A stretch of DNA of 63,069 nucleotides, the filler included, from Reticulomyxa filosa (Eukaryota > Protista > Foraminifera), in the NCBI GenBank assembly GCA_000512085.1. It is 16 parts of 16 records of this genome, joined end to end, with 100 filler letters (N's around TTAATTAATTAA, not from the genome) between each part and the next. Parts side by side here need not be neighbours in the genome. Positions count along the whole stretch, not along the records: positions 22,492 to 27,387 come from ASPP01021391.1; positions 27,488 to 29,128 come from ASPP01009793.1; positions 29,229 to 37,333 come from ASPP01021537.1; 13 more parts are not named here. One strand, given 5' to 3'. The position numbers and the translations under genes were made by a program. The notes beneath the pieces are model-generated. The model worked only from the letters and a program-made list of their open reading frames with translations, searched no databases and was not told the DNA's origin. Positions 23,846 to 37,257 of this stretch are shown here, piece by piece. The first letter of the stretch is position 1. Every line of letters begins with the position of its first letter.

Positions 23846-26724
23846 ATGTCCGTTTTCGTATTGAAAGAACTTGCAAGAGGAATTCCTTTGAATCCTCTTC
23901 CACCTCCACAAAAAACAAGAGATCCAAGCGTGCCACATGCTCCGAAGCGTACCCCCAAACTAACAGCAGAAGAATTTCGAGTTCATTGAACTGAGATGAA
24001 TTACTTTACACATAGACAAAAAAAAAGAGGATTTTTCAACTATACATGCAGACTCGATGAAAGAACTGTGTTGTCGATTGTAAGAAAGAAAGCAAACAAC
24101 AAACAAATAAACAAACAAATAAAAACTAAAGCTTTGTGTTACAAATGCACTGCGATACTTTCCACCTCAATACCACGAAGAATTAGCATTGGAATTTGTG
24201 GAAGAGATGAAGAGCTATGGCCATATCTACATGTACCGATTTCGACCAACATCTTACCAAATGAGGGCATATCCAATCGACAATTATCCAGCTAAGTGCA
24301 AGCACGCGAAGGTGATTCAATTGATGATCATGAACAATCTGGATGCCGAAGTCGCTCAATTTCCACATGAACTTATTACCTACGGTGGAAACGGTTCCGT
24401 TTTCAGCAATTGGTTTGTCTAAAAAAAGCTGCAGCAAGAGACTAAACAAACAAAAAAACATGTCACATTAATGCACAAAGAACTTCTAAATTCAAAAAAA
24501 AAAAAAAAAAGGGCACAGTATCACTTGACAATGCAATATCTGTCCATATTAACTGAAGAGCAAACTTTGGTGATGATGTCTGGACATCCGCAAGGCCTGT
24601 TTCCCTCACGAATTGAAGCTCCTCGTGTTGTAATCACCAATGGCTTGACAATTCCCAACTATTCCACCAAAGACGAGTTTTGCATTGCATTTTGTGTGCG
24701 TGTGTGTGTGTTCGATCTGTTTATTGGTTGGGTTAGTTTACATTAACACTACAAACTGGATCCGTTTGGATTTGTGTGTGTGTGTTGTGTTGCGTGGTGA
24801 AACTAGTTATGATCGTCTCTATGCACAAGGCAACAGTATTTACGGCCAGATGACCGCTGGGAGTTACTGTTATATTGGCCCGCAAGGCATTGTTCATGGA
24901 ACGGCTATCACTATTTTGAATGCTGGTAGAAAATACCTTGGCTTGGTAAGTTTTCCCCCAAATAAACAAAAATAATGTTCCCTCGCCTCTTTTTTCATTA
25001 AAAAAAAAAAAAAACTCTCGAAAGATTCAAATATGTTTGTGTTGTAGCAATCCTTGGCCAAAACTGGTACAGTATACGTATCTTCTGGATTGGGTGGGAT
25101 GAGTGGTGCACAAGGCAAGGCGTCAATGGTGTGTGAATGCGTTGGCATAATTGCTGAGGTGGATGAACAGGCAGTAAAAAAACGCTTCAAGCAAGGATGG
25201 GTCCAAGAAGTGATCAGCGATTTGGATAAACTCATTCAACGGGTTCGAATTGCGAAACAAAAAAAGAAACCATTGCAATTGCATATCATGGGTAAAGAAG
25301 AAAAGAAGAATAGGAAAAGGGGGAAGGTTTTTTTTTTTGGTTCATTTTATTTATTTATTTATTTTTTGAATGTGTATGCACATGTGGGACGTAACAAGCA
25401 ATGTAGTCGATTTGTGGGAAAAATTGGCTGGCTTGGATGACATGTTGGTGGAATTGGGATCCGATCAAACGTCATTGCATAATCCATTTAATGGTGGGTA
25501 TTACCCGGTTGGCTACTCACTGGAAGAAGCACAAAAGCTAATGATGAATGATCCCAAGCAATTCAAAATTGCCGTAGAAAAATCGTTGCAAAGACAAGTG
25601 AAAGCAATCAACAAACTGGTCAGTCGTGGGATGCGCTTTTGGGACTATGGAAACTGCTTTTTATTAGAATCGAGTCGTGCTGGAGCGGATGTCATGAATC
25701 CCGATAACAACAAACTCTTTCGATATCCAAGCTATGTCCAAGACATTATGGGGGATATTTTTTCGTTAGGGTTTGGACCATTTCGATGTTATGTGTGATC
25801 TACTTGTTTTTTTTCATTTGCTTGTTGTAAAACATATACCTAAACATATACATTTACATATGTTTATTAAAAAAAAAAAGGGGTTTGTACAAGTGGAAAG
25901 GAAAGCGACTTAGCAAAATCAGACGTCATTGCGGAGAAAGTGTTGCGTGACCTGCGAAAAAAAGAAAAGGAGATACGTGTCCAAGGACAGTTGGATGATA
26001 ATATCTTTTGGATACACAGCGCGATGCAAAATAAGCTTGTTGTGGGCTCACAAGCACGTATATTGTATGCCCATGCAATGGTATATTTGTTTTTTTTTCC
26101 TCTTCCAATCCCAACTATCGAAATGCAATTTGCTTATCTTATTGGAAACAAAAGGGACGAGTAAATATTGCCGTGGCGCTGAATGAAGCTATTGCGCGTG
26201 GTCACATCTCAGGACCGATTGTCTTGTCTCGTGACCATCATGACGTCAGTGGTACGGACTCTCCTTTCCGAGAAACGTCCAATATTTATGACGGCTCCGC
26301 ATTTTGTGCTGATATGGCGGTTCAAAACTTTGCAGGCGATGCATTTCGAGGAGCAACTTGGATTGCTTTGCACAATGGAGGAGGTGTCGGTTGGGGCGAG
26401 GTCATCAATGGAGGATTTGGACTGGTCTTAGATGGCACCAAAGAAGCTCGAAAAAGGGCTGAAGAAATGCTGTATTGGGACGTAAACAATGGCATTGCGC
26501 GAAGAGCTTGGTCTGGCAATGAAAATGCTCAGCTCATGATCACTAGGTATTGACTATGTTTCGCTCAATACAAATTATCATTGCATAAATCATTTAATGC
26601 TAAACAATTGTTTGTGATTTTTTATAGAGTGATGAACGAAAATCAGAAAGTGAAAGTTACAATGCCGAATTCGGTCACAAAGAGCATTTTGGATAAGGCA
26701 TGCAACAATCATTCCAGGCTCTGA
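23846..26724 (+). CDS. UROC1: Urocanate hydratase (eukaryotic UROC1-type), 9 exons
   Basis: Motifs HAPKRTP, NALRYFP, YGHIYMYRFRP, NNLDAEVAQFPHELITYGGNG, YGQMTAGSYCYIGPQGIVHGT, SSGLGGMSGAQ, GSDQTSLHNP, SRDHHDVSGTDSPFRETS and LHNGGGVGWG. Eight GT-AG introns were resolved, with one apparent frameshift near 25275. Confidence 0.97.
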
Positions 26725-27570
26725 TAGAAATGACAAAAAGAAAAGAACAATCCTTTTTTGGCGTCTATTTTCTTGACTTTTTTAAATTCTTAGATTAGAG
26801 AAATTGCATTCTTATTTTTTTAATACATGCGAATCATAACACGAACGAACTTTGGTACTTTTTGCAGCTTCAGCCCACGCAAATTTTCTTTATTGCTTAG
26901 TCATTCTAATATGCTTTATTCTCATAGAAACTTTGATAAAATTTTTAATTTTTTATTGTATGAGCAAAATTTTGGATTACATATAACATTAGATATAATA
27001 TATTTATCAGCTAGTATTGCGTAAATGTATTAATCCAAATTGCATATGATTTAGTATAGTTGCAATATAAACTAACTGTTTGATGACGGCAATGCTGTTA
27101 TACATTGAATATGATTGTCAATTGTATAACATTAGTTTAAGATTAATATATTAGACACATAGTATGTCAACATCTATGTAATTACTATATGTAATTGATA
27201 GCATGTGGATAGTTGGGAGGATTCAATGTTAAGTCTTAAACTGCAACTAATCATTAAAAACTTATATTTTAAGATATGTTGCTATGTGCAGAAAAGAAAA
27301 AAATTAAAAATTTTTTAAAAATCAATTAAAATGTTTGTAATTAACAAAAAATTGTAGAAAAAAATGAAATAAATTTTGAAATAATTGNNNNNNNNNNNNN
27401 NNNNNNNNNNNNNNNNNNNNNNNNNNNNNNNTTAATTAATTAANNNNNNNNNNNNNNNNNNNNNNNNNNNNNNNNNNNNNNNNNNNNGACAATAGGTTTA
27501 TAGTTTAATGTTTATACTACTTTTTGGCTCGTCCCACCTTTTTTAAATTGTGTTTGTGTCAATTGCATAC

Positions 27571-27951
27571 TTCTGATGGAGGAAGCATCAAATTAATGAG
27601 GATATTTAAGCTCAAATGCAAAATATTCATGTCCGTTTGTAATTCTGTGTTTCCCAGCACATTGTTGCATAACGTTGGTATCACTTGTTCACCTGTTTCC
27701 TTTTTTTTTCATTTTATGAAATATTGAAGATATACTCACTCACTTTCCACAATCTTACTCTTCCTCCCCCCCCCCCCCCCCCCTTCTGCTCGCTTGTCCC
27801 TTCAACTTACCAACGGATGAGAAGATGACAGCTCCTTGAGCTTTTCCAACGATTGAGCTTTATCTTCTAAGAGAGTACTGCTTTCTAGGGTCGAGAGCAA
27901 AGAGACAAGTTGATTTTTCAGAGCAGTATTCCCAAAAAGCCAGCTTGTCAT
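27571..27951 (-). CDS. USO1: USO1/p115 vesicle-tethering factor, first two exons (27951-27811, 27699-27571), 3' truncated
   Basis: Spliced MTSWLFG...LLSTLESSTLLEDKAQSLEKLKELSSSHPL|ETGEQVIPTL...DMNILHLSLNILINL resembles the p115 head N-terminus (SSTLLDDRRNAVRALKSLSKKYRLEVG...DSEIIGYALDTLYNI). Both introns are phase 0. Not in the ORF track. Confidence 0.72.
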
Positions 27952-28313
27952 TTCCGAAATTATTTAGTTTTTCCCCCTCTCCCCTTCGCCCGGCGTCCAA
28001 ACATCAATTTCTCCTCTTTCCGTTTTTCAGAAAAAGGATGAAAAACATTGGATAAATATTGTTTTCGTACAGACAAACTTTTGAATAAACACAATTTTTA
28101 TTCGCATAAATAAACGTGATGTATCAATGGACAAAAAGGAACTATTAAATTTCACTTTTCTTCCGGCGCGTACTTTTGAACTCCCTGTAAAAAGTTCACG
28201 GTTTACATTTGGCTCTACATTTTGTCGAAATTTTTTGTATTTGAATAAGAAGAACTATTCTGTCAAAAAGTTTATTGTTTAAATTTTTTTTGTTAATTCT
28301 GTGGTGCTCGAAG
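27952..28313. promoter_or_regulatory. Probable bidirectional promoter between head-to-head genes
   Basis: About 360 bp between divergent ATGs (27951 minus, 28314 plus), with two short GC-rich patches (CGCCCGGCG, TTCCGGCGCG). Confidence 0.45.
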
Positions 28314-28731
28314 ATGACAGGCAAAGAGGAAAACAAAAAGCATCCTTTGTTTCCTTTCAATGCTAACACCAGAAACCATCCCAAATTGACAAAAGCTATG
28401 CCATTACCGGCAATGCATGGTGACCAATTGAAGTATGTTTTGTGTTGTTTTTTTTTTTTTTTTTTATTTTATTAAAAAAAAGTAAAGGAGAAAAGTGAGT
28501 ATATGACTCTTTGTTATTGTTTTTTTTTCCAAATGAAAATGTGAGAACAGTGATGACTTGTTATTGTCGCATTCTGGAACCAATGGTCGGACACTGTACA
28601 ACAATAGTAACGGTATGAACGATGGCAAGAAGCATTCCGCTCATTCGTCAGAGGGGTGGTATGTTCCTTTGGATGGTTATCTTGGAAAAACTCCCGATGA
28701 TCCAACCACCACACTTGACAAAAGTAATAGC

Positions 28732-28763
<32 letters not shown>

Positions 28764-29019
28764 TGATAACAATGATAACAATAGTAACAGCAATAACAAC
28801 AAGAATAACACGAAAGGCAATAATACAGCCAATAAGAATGCGAGTCACAATTCTCATTCGAATAAAAATAGTGATGATGTTCGAACGACAGCAAGTGCAG
28901 GGAAAGATAATGGCAAAGAAAAACTTGACATTTATCGTCAAAAATTAGAACAGCATCATCTCTATTCACTTTTGGTTTCTGACGGATCCTTCTTGCGACC
29001 AAAGGCTCAAGCAAATCAG
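28314..29019 (+). CDS. Uncharacterised Asn-rich protein, 5' exons, 3' truncated
   Basis: ATG at 28314, a GT-AG intron at ~28433-28550, a poly-Asn exon and a GTAAAA donor at 29020. Confidence 0.55.
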
Positions 29020-29228
29020 GTAAAACAAACAAGCAAAAAAAAGTATCAGGAACTACAGCACAAATATTTTACTACTTTTCGCATTTTTTTTTTTTTTTTT
29101 TTGGAAATTTAAAAAAAAAAAAAAAAAANNNNNNNNNNNNNNNNNNNNNNNNNNNNNNNNNNNNNNNNNNNNTTAATTAATTAANNNNNNNNNNNNNNNN
29201 NNNNNNNNNNNNNNNNNNNNNNNNNNNN

Positions 29229-32200
29229 TGTGTGTGTGTGTTATGGTAACATGTGTTATCAATGAGATAAAGAAGGAGTTATATGTACACAATAATGGCA
29301 AGAAATTACACTACGTAACACTTTGGAATCTGACAGAAGAATCAAAAATTGATAAGCGGATTGCAAGTCTTCTCGAAATAGTGTTTGTGTGCGTTGGGAC
29401 CAAATATCTAATGTCGAGGATTGTGATTGTCCAATGTCGTCAATACTGAAACTTTTGGGTCGAATAACAGCCTGATGGTATCGACATACTGTGTCAAACA
29501 GAAACGACAACAGGAACTTGGTGCGTTTGTTGCTTATTTCCAAGGGTTCAAATATGTCTGCAGAGCGTCTACGTGTGTATGTGTATGTGTGTGTATTTGG
29601 ATATTTCCATTTAAACACAGTACAATACAACGTATGAATAGGACAACATCAAGATAACTGTTCTGATGGCTTTTGCAGGAACAGAAGCCGAGGGTTGAAA
29701 TGAAATGGGAACTGAGCGATTGTGTAAATCAATTGCTTATGCAAGTCCAAGAAATTGTTAACGAAAGTGAGTAAATCATCGTCCAGCCATTGGCAGATGC
29801 GAATAAACTCTACGTTTTCCAACCACAGTCGTCGGGATATCTCTTCCAAATGGTGTTTGTCATCGGCATTGGGAATTTCGAGTTCGCCATTGGCATCTGT
29901 GTCTTCGATATATGGAGGCAGAGATGTGCACTTTGCTATCTCATCCTCTCCATTGGTTGTATGACAGTTGAGAAGATGTTCTGAGTAATGTCCAGTCGAT
30001 CCATTCACGTATTGACTTTGGTCCACAGTTTTATTCTACCTCCACACATTTTTGACAATGCAAAGCAAAATAGAGGAGTGAGCATATAGCACAATAGTGA
30101 CAAATATCTAACTTGTCACACTGAACTCGTTTTTTAGGAGGAAGTTGCTCTTGATAATCTTGATAATCGCTCGCATGTAGTTCGTCTTTGTTCAATTCAG
30201 AAAGAGGACGCTTATTCTATCAAATGAGATTTGCCAGTGCAAAAAACATATATAAACTTTTTTAACAGATCAAACAAAGAAAAAGAATACTTTTTTATTT
30301 TATTTTATTTACAGAAAGTGACTATTTATTACTCTTGCAGGATTTCGTTCAGTTGGTGAATTTTCAATTTTGTCTTTTGCTTTGGTCTCTTCAGTTGACT
30401 TTGCTTTGCATGCCGCGTTGATTGACTTCATGGCCATATCCTCTTCATTGCCTTTTTCATCACTGTTACAGATCATATCTGGTAAATCGTGACTGGTTTT
30501 CACGGATGGGGACAATGGTTGAGGTACGCAGGTTCGATGTATTTGTCTATGCTCTTCCCATTTCTTCACATCAATTTTGCGATGAAAAAGGTCGGAATTT
30601 AACTCAAAATAGGCATTTACTGGCTCCCTTCTTTGATACACAAGCAAATACGCGCTGTATGTTTTCTCGACGTGTTTGGTCACGCATTGGTCGTTCTTGT
30701 CTTTTATCACAATGCATTGCGTGCCGCCATAGCACTTTTCAGGAATTTGGCTTTCGTCAAAGTAACTGACGCTCTCATCGTTAAACTCGAGCCACCGACC
30801 TAAAGATCCGTCGTCGAATTGTTCTCGAATGAACCTAATTGATCAAACCAAGACACGACAAACTGAATATAAATAATGTACACAATCTCAAAAAACAAGC
30901 AAAAATGAAATGATAACGAGTAATAATGCCCAGTATCGGCAGTGCCAGAATGCACCAGCACTCCTACGAGTTCGTATTCTTGTGGAGAGATGGAAACGGA
31001 TGCATTGTCCTTGTCCGGCTTTTCGATCGCGTCTAAATACTCTTTGCAATATTTGGTCATTTGCAGTTTCATTGGAAACTCCAATTTGCGATTAACTTTG
31101 ACACGGGCCAATATTTCCAAATCGAATTCAAATCTCTTGAGTTGGATCATCAAAGTGCGTGGCAAAGTGCTAAAGCACGAGCGTTTCAAGGCGGGAACTT
31201 TCGCATCGCATTTGTTACAGCTATACGCATTGCAGCCTTGCAGCCATTCGCCGATCACATGGGACTGCAAACTTTCTTCCAATGTCGTGTGGTTTTGAAT
31301 CTGCACAGGCAAGAAATGCATCGGTTCGGCGTGTTCGCTGATCGAATTAGCACACTTTGCAAATTACTTGGTTTATTGTTTTCCCAGAAAATTCCTCTTT
31401 TATCAGTTGTTCCACAAGCGTGCCTTTCATTTCTTTTCAATGTTGTCGAACAAATAGTTCATAAATTCTTGTGCATCCATTCTTTTTTTTTTTTTTTTTT
31501 TTTGAACACGTCATTTAAATTTAGTTTCTCCTTTGATTTTTTTTTTTTTTTTTTTAAAAAAAGGAGGGGATAAAAGATCAGAGGGACGGAAGGAAAGTCA
31601 GATGATGTGAACAACCTGTTCGTACACATCAATCTCTTTTCCTTCGGGATTCCGATAATTCTGTCGAAACGTGTCTGGAGAATATGCTCGACGATTAGAA
31701 TAGCGCAACGCGGTAAACATTTCTTGTAAAGCAAACATAACCGAAGACTTCATCTTCGACGTTTTGATCGGCTCTACTTTTTCCTCTGTGCTTTGCTTTT
31801 TCTCGGTTTCATCGGTGTCACGTTGATGATCGGCATGCTCCGACACGGGTTGTGCAACAGCTGTGTTGTCCGGCTTTCCGGGTTCGTCGCAAGTTGTTTT
31901 TTTACTCTCTTTTTTTGTTCCTCTTCCGTCATCTTTTTTTCTTTCCCTTCTTCTTGTTCCTTTGCAATCAGTGGAAATCTTTTACGTAAGTCCGTTCCCA
32001 ACATAATTTTCCGCAGTATTGGATTCGCGTACAATTGTTGCATCGACGCATTGCAATAGCACGTGCAGCCATAGTTTACGAGTCCAGCGTAACCAGTGTT
32101 TGAACGCGCATTAGAATTGGGATCAAAGTTCCAACCCACTTTGTTTTCGCCCAATTCTTTCACATATTTTTCATGCAATTGTTCTAAACACATGAGCACC

Positions 32201-35200
32201 TCGTACCAAACAGCTGCATTGTCTTTGCACAGTTCGAATAGAAGATCAAATGCTGCCTATCAAAGAGAAATAAATAAGCAAATGAAAGGGCGCATAAATG
32301 TATATACATACATATATGTATATGTGTATATAGACATAATTCAAAAAGCATACTTTGCGAGATGTAGAAGTCTTGCATTTTGGGATAGGTGGGAGATGAT
32401 CTGCAGTCAAATTTTCTTTTGTGTCTTTTTTTGGATCTGGAAAATCAAATAAACACTTTAACAATAGCTCGTTTTGCAACTCGGTAATCTTCTTTGGAAA
32501 CCAACGTTTTATTTGTGGAAGTCCAGCGACGAGAGATTTCAACACAACGAGGGTTCCAGTGAGACAGCAATCGGGTGACTGTTGACGAGCATATTCAACA
32601 CTTTCGTGCTCGCATAATTTTTTCACGGCAAATTCGAAAATGGATTGAAACACTTTAAAATGGCTGGCCTTTTTCATAGTGATGTGTTCGCAGACGACAT
32701 AATGTGCGCAATGATGTTTGATTATATCACCAAAAAATTGAAAAAATTCCTCAAATATAGTATCAGATTCCTGCCAAGTCGCTTTCATCAACTGTAAAGT
32801 AGCGCTGTATTTGTGTAGTCATGCACAACAACCCCTTTTTTTTTTTTTTTTTAATAATTGACTCGTGCATAATCTTTGAACACAAGCAAATGGGATTGTG
32901 CACATATCAACAAACATCAGAAACACAAATGTGTGATGCATGCAATCTGAACTCTTTGAGAGTATCATACTGGATTCCATTATATTTTGCGTACATTTCA
33001 ACCAAATAGGGTCGGCTTTTTTTGCGTATGTTTGCACTTTTGCAAAATAATAATTTTTCAATCAATGGTTTCCAATCTTCAATTGGAAAACATCCTCCAA
33101 TCCTGGAACCATAGGCATAAAATAGTAAAGTCAATTGATGCAACAGTAATTCAACGAGATCAGATACTAACTTATAGTTTTCCCATTGATTTTTGTTTGT
33201 GTATTCCAGTATTTTGTTCAATAAATTGCAAATTACCTTCCCAAACTTTGTTTCATCAATAGTAGTCAGCTGAGAGATATTTCCAACCCACGTGAAATGA
33301 GGTACTTGCTTACGAATGCAGATTGGAATCGTGTGTTGCGGCATGGCATGCGCACGTAACAGATCACGTCCAACCATCATCTATGGTCAACATCGCCACT
33401 CGTTCAAATTCATTGGCGTATGCAACAGTTCCCTCCCTCCTCTTCCTCCCTCATTATCCCCTCTGTGTGTTCTGTGTTAAACCAATACAAAACGGTAGGT
33501 AACTGAAGTTGACAGCCAGCCAACGATTTTGAGCCACACATACAATGCGCGAAAACTAGCAAAGGTAAGTACGTCATTCTCTGTTGAAGAACAAAGGTGA
33601 GTGTTTCGAGATCAAAAGGCAACAGAAGAAGCAAATAAATCAACAATTTTTTTTAAAAAAAAAAGATCAAAACTAGTGTCAATTTGAAAGTCTTTAATTA
33701 TGTCGAATAAATGCTTAATTCCACCCAATTGATTGAACGCACTTAACCATTCCTGCTTGCATCCTTCAAGAACCTTTTCCAAATTCAAGAGGTGATACAA
33801 CGTTGTAAAACTGGATTTCTGTTGATTATAACTTTTCCAATCAAATATTATTGTAGATTTTGGTAATTGTTGACTGTTGGTTCTATTTTTTTTTTTTTTT
33901 AACAAGAATAAGCAAAGCATTGAAATTGTCCTCTGTCAAATGAGGGGAAGAAAAAAAAAAACGAAAATAAATAAAACATACATACTGCATTATTTCTTGA
34001 ACACGCTGAGTTAAATCTTTCAAATATCTTGCGGTTTGTGTCGCGGATGGAAGTCTCATCTGATTGAATGATTGAACCAACAAAAATAGATCTTTCTTTT
34101 CTCGACATTGAACAGAACAAAAACAAACAAACTAACAAAATTGAGGATCACTCAACAAGCAAATTCCACACTCTTGCAGCCAATGCTCCTCCGTGTTTCA
34201 ACAGACCAAACAACAGCTCAAAGAAACCATCGCTTTCCATCAAAATGGACGCGCCGTCAGGGACATCCCCACCACTTGGATTTATGAAAGAGATTGCATT
34301 TAAGTTGCAGCTCAAACTTATTCCGATAGCTTCCAACGTCGACATCATATTGGCACGGGTCAGATCCAAATTTTGGTCGGTTGTCAATTGAAACAAGCCC
34401 TTGGTATTGTATGTCAAAAAAAAAAATAAAATACACACATGTATATATAAATATGTATATGTATACGTATACGATGTGATAATTTGATTTTCAAACATGT
34501 CTTAGTTTGATAAGCAAAAAAAAAAAAAAAAAAAAGTAGCTTCGACAACCAAACTTTAGGGACTTTGATAACCGCAGCAACCAATTCAATGAGTTCATCG
34601 ACAGTAGATCGATTACTGATAATCAATTTGAAAACTTTCCGATTGTTGCTTAAGTTTGAAAATGTCAAATCAACATGCACGAATATATTTCGGCCCATTG
34701 GCAATTCCCACTTGTTAATAGAGAACTTTCCAAGATCCCATTGATTTGCATTTTCGTCAGTTTCGTCAATAACTGCAGACATTGTCCCAGGACGAGTGCA
34801 TTCCACAAAAGTTTCCAACAAATCGAAGCACCTTTTTTTTTTTGTTTAGAAAAGTTCATATGTAAATAAACATGTATGTATACGTTATACAAAAATTAAG
34901 ATAAATAAGCGCGTACAATGTAAAATAAAAACCTAATCAAAATCTTGAAGCTGGAGGGATCGTCAGGATTTTGGAGTTGCATGCAATCAATGCATTTTTT
35001 AACAAAGTGATATCGCTCAGACCACTGACGTGGCGACGAAAGTTTGAGTTCGAGATTGGAGCTCCCTGTGTTGGAAGTGGAGCCAACCTGTTGAATGAGA
35101 CGCTCCAAAGTTTGAACCAGTTGATGGTTGGTGGAGCCAAAGAGGAACGGAATGTTGAGACTACTTGGTATGGGCTTCATATAAAAGGTGGTGACGAGAA

Positions 35201-37257
35201 CACCACAGCGTTCGGCGACTTGACCGTCCTTGGCCATGATGGAGATGTCCCACATGACGTCAATGACATTAATAGGAATGGGTTCGCCGAGACCGGGCTC
35301 CGAGGCCTTGTTCATGAACAGAGAGTATGTTAATTCAAAGTATCGATGCAAGCACTCCAAAGCTGAGGTGTCATGGTTGTTCCTGGCATACGGGACAGTA
35401 GGCGTTGAAACACGTGCGAGGCATCTTCCAAACTCATGGGCTGCGGCGTGGTGCTGTTCATTCTTTTTTCGCTCGGACAAATCTCTTTGAGCCAATCAAA
35501 GAAATAGCTATGTATCAATTTGCAAAGCGGCGGTATTTGTTCCGAATCCAATTGGCTGCCGATCACCATTTGCCATAATGTCTCGATCTGGTCATAATTC
35601 AACTGCACCGTCGAGTTTTGCAAGAGAAAGCGAAAAAAGTCAAGCTGCGCTTTGAAACTGTCAAACGTCGCGCGTTCGCGAGCAGACAAGATCGCACTCG
35701 TCAATTCCTTTGTCGTCGTTGTATTGAGATGTTTTGTTTCCGCCATTGTTACGTCTGATCCATTGTCCAAAGGCATGTCATCAACTTTGCTTCTTATCTC
35801 TATGTTTTTACATGTTATTATAGAGTTATATTTGTGTGTGTGTGTGTGTGTGTGTGGATGTAATCATATTTTTATTTTATTTTTTTTAAAAAAAAAAAAA
35901 CAACAACTGAGAGTACATAATAACCATTCATAAAAGTTGTCAAATTATGGAAAAGCAAACCCATAATGTTGTCGTTATTGACTAATTTCTCCAGAATTTC
36001 TTCTCGACTTTGCTTTGGAATGGCGATCTGCGTTTGCATCGGATCCTCCTTTTCGTCCACGATATTGTCACATTTTCCTTCCTCTACAAAAGGCGCTCCT
36101 CCCGTCGATGAACAGCTCGGATGGATTTGGATAAGCATCATTAGAAGTGTCAACGCATTGGCGACGGACTTGCCACTATGTAGCTTTTGCACGCAAAATT
36201 CCCGGAACATTTCTCTGTCATATGATAAATATTCGTATCAGATGAAAATAAAATATACCACATATACATATATGTATATATAATGAAGCAAGTGTTTATA
36301 TTTAGGAAAAACTGATAGCTACAGCCACTTTCGAATTGCAGACAATTAATCAGTTGCGTTATCGCTTCGGCTTGAGCTTGTGTCATTTCCAAAATCGCGC
36401 GTGGGTCTTCGGTAATGGGGTCCCTTTCTTCGATGGCTTTCCAGAAAAACGACAGCCCGCATAAATGCTTCTCCATGACGGCCGACATCTGCGACGAGGA
36501 TTGGAAGCGCAGACATCGCCGTGAGAGTCCAAGGATGAGCTGAATCACGGGCAGATTGTAACGATTGACGGGAATGGTATCGACTTTTTTCAAAATGTAC
36601 TCAACAATGGACAATGGGATAACGGGACAGAGTTCGTATAGCACTTTGTACGTCGTGTCGGCAAAGGTATTGCCGCGCAAGGCATGCCTCCATAACAAGT
36701 CAATGTATTCGTAATTCAGTTTGGATTGTGCCGCCAAAAAAAGGAATATGTCAAGAGTCCGTTTGATTATGTCCTCATGGGCGTCCGGCGCTAATGCTTC
36801 GTACAATACTTTCTTCGTTTCAATGAACTTAATCAGTAGGCCCTCGTCCAACTCTTGGACACAAAGCGTTTCATTGCCGCTGTCGTTGCTATTACCACTA
36901 TCGGCCAAGTCAATGACGGCCTCGTCGCCAATGTCATTGCCATTTACATAGTTTGTGGCTTTGCCTTTATTTGGTGTTGCTTTTTTCTTGCTTCGATTTT
37001 TCTTCTTATTCACAGCGTCGATCAAGTCCTTGAAATCCTTCATCCCACTGATCTTCTTCGGCAAACTGTCGCATTGCACGCATTTCAATGCGATTATCAG
37101 TTGTAAGTTTTCACATTTCACCATCAAGTCGCGTCTGGGGTACACTTTCTTAAAAAATAACTTTAGCTTCGATAGCGCTGTGGCGACTTGATTCATCGAG
37201 AATTTTTTTAGTTTTGACAGTTCCACTTGGTTACACCAGGCGGATACGGCCTTGGAT
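29229..37257 (-). CDS. Large ubiquitin-specific protease (USP9X/USP24/USP34 family), many exons, truncated at both ends
   Basis: Cys box GYAGLVNYGCTCYCNASMQQLY, QLKRFEFD...KVN..LEFP, His box YELVGVLVHSGTADTGHYYS and SAYLLVYQR. The N-terminal helical region has LPKKISGMKDF and YIDLLW motifs. Confidence 0.92.

Noticed and set aside
23846-26724. Urocanate hydratase as bacterial contamination or recent HGT
   Set aside because: It has eight spliceosomal introns and the N-terminal extension of the eukaryotic UROC1 type.
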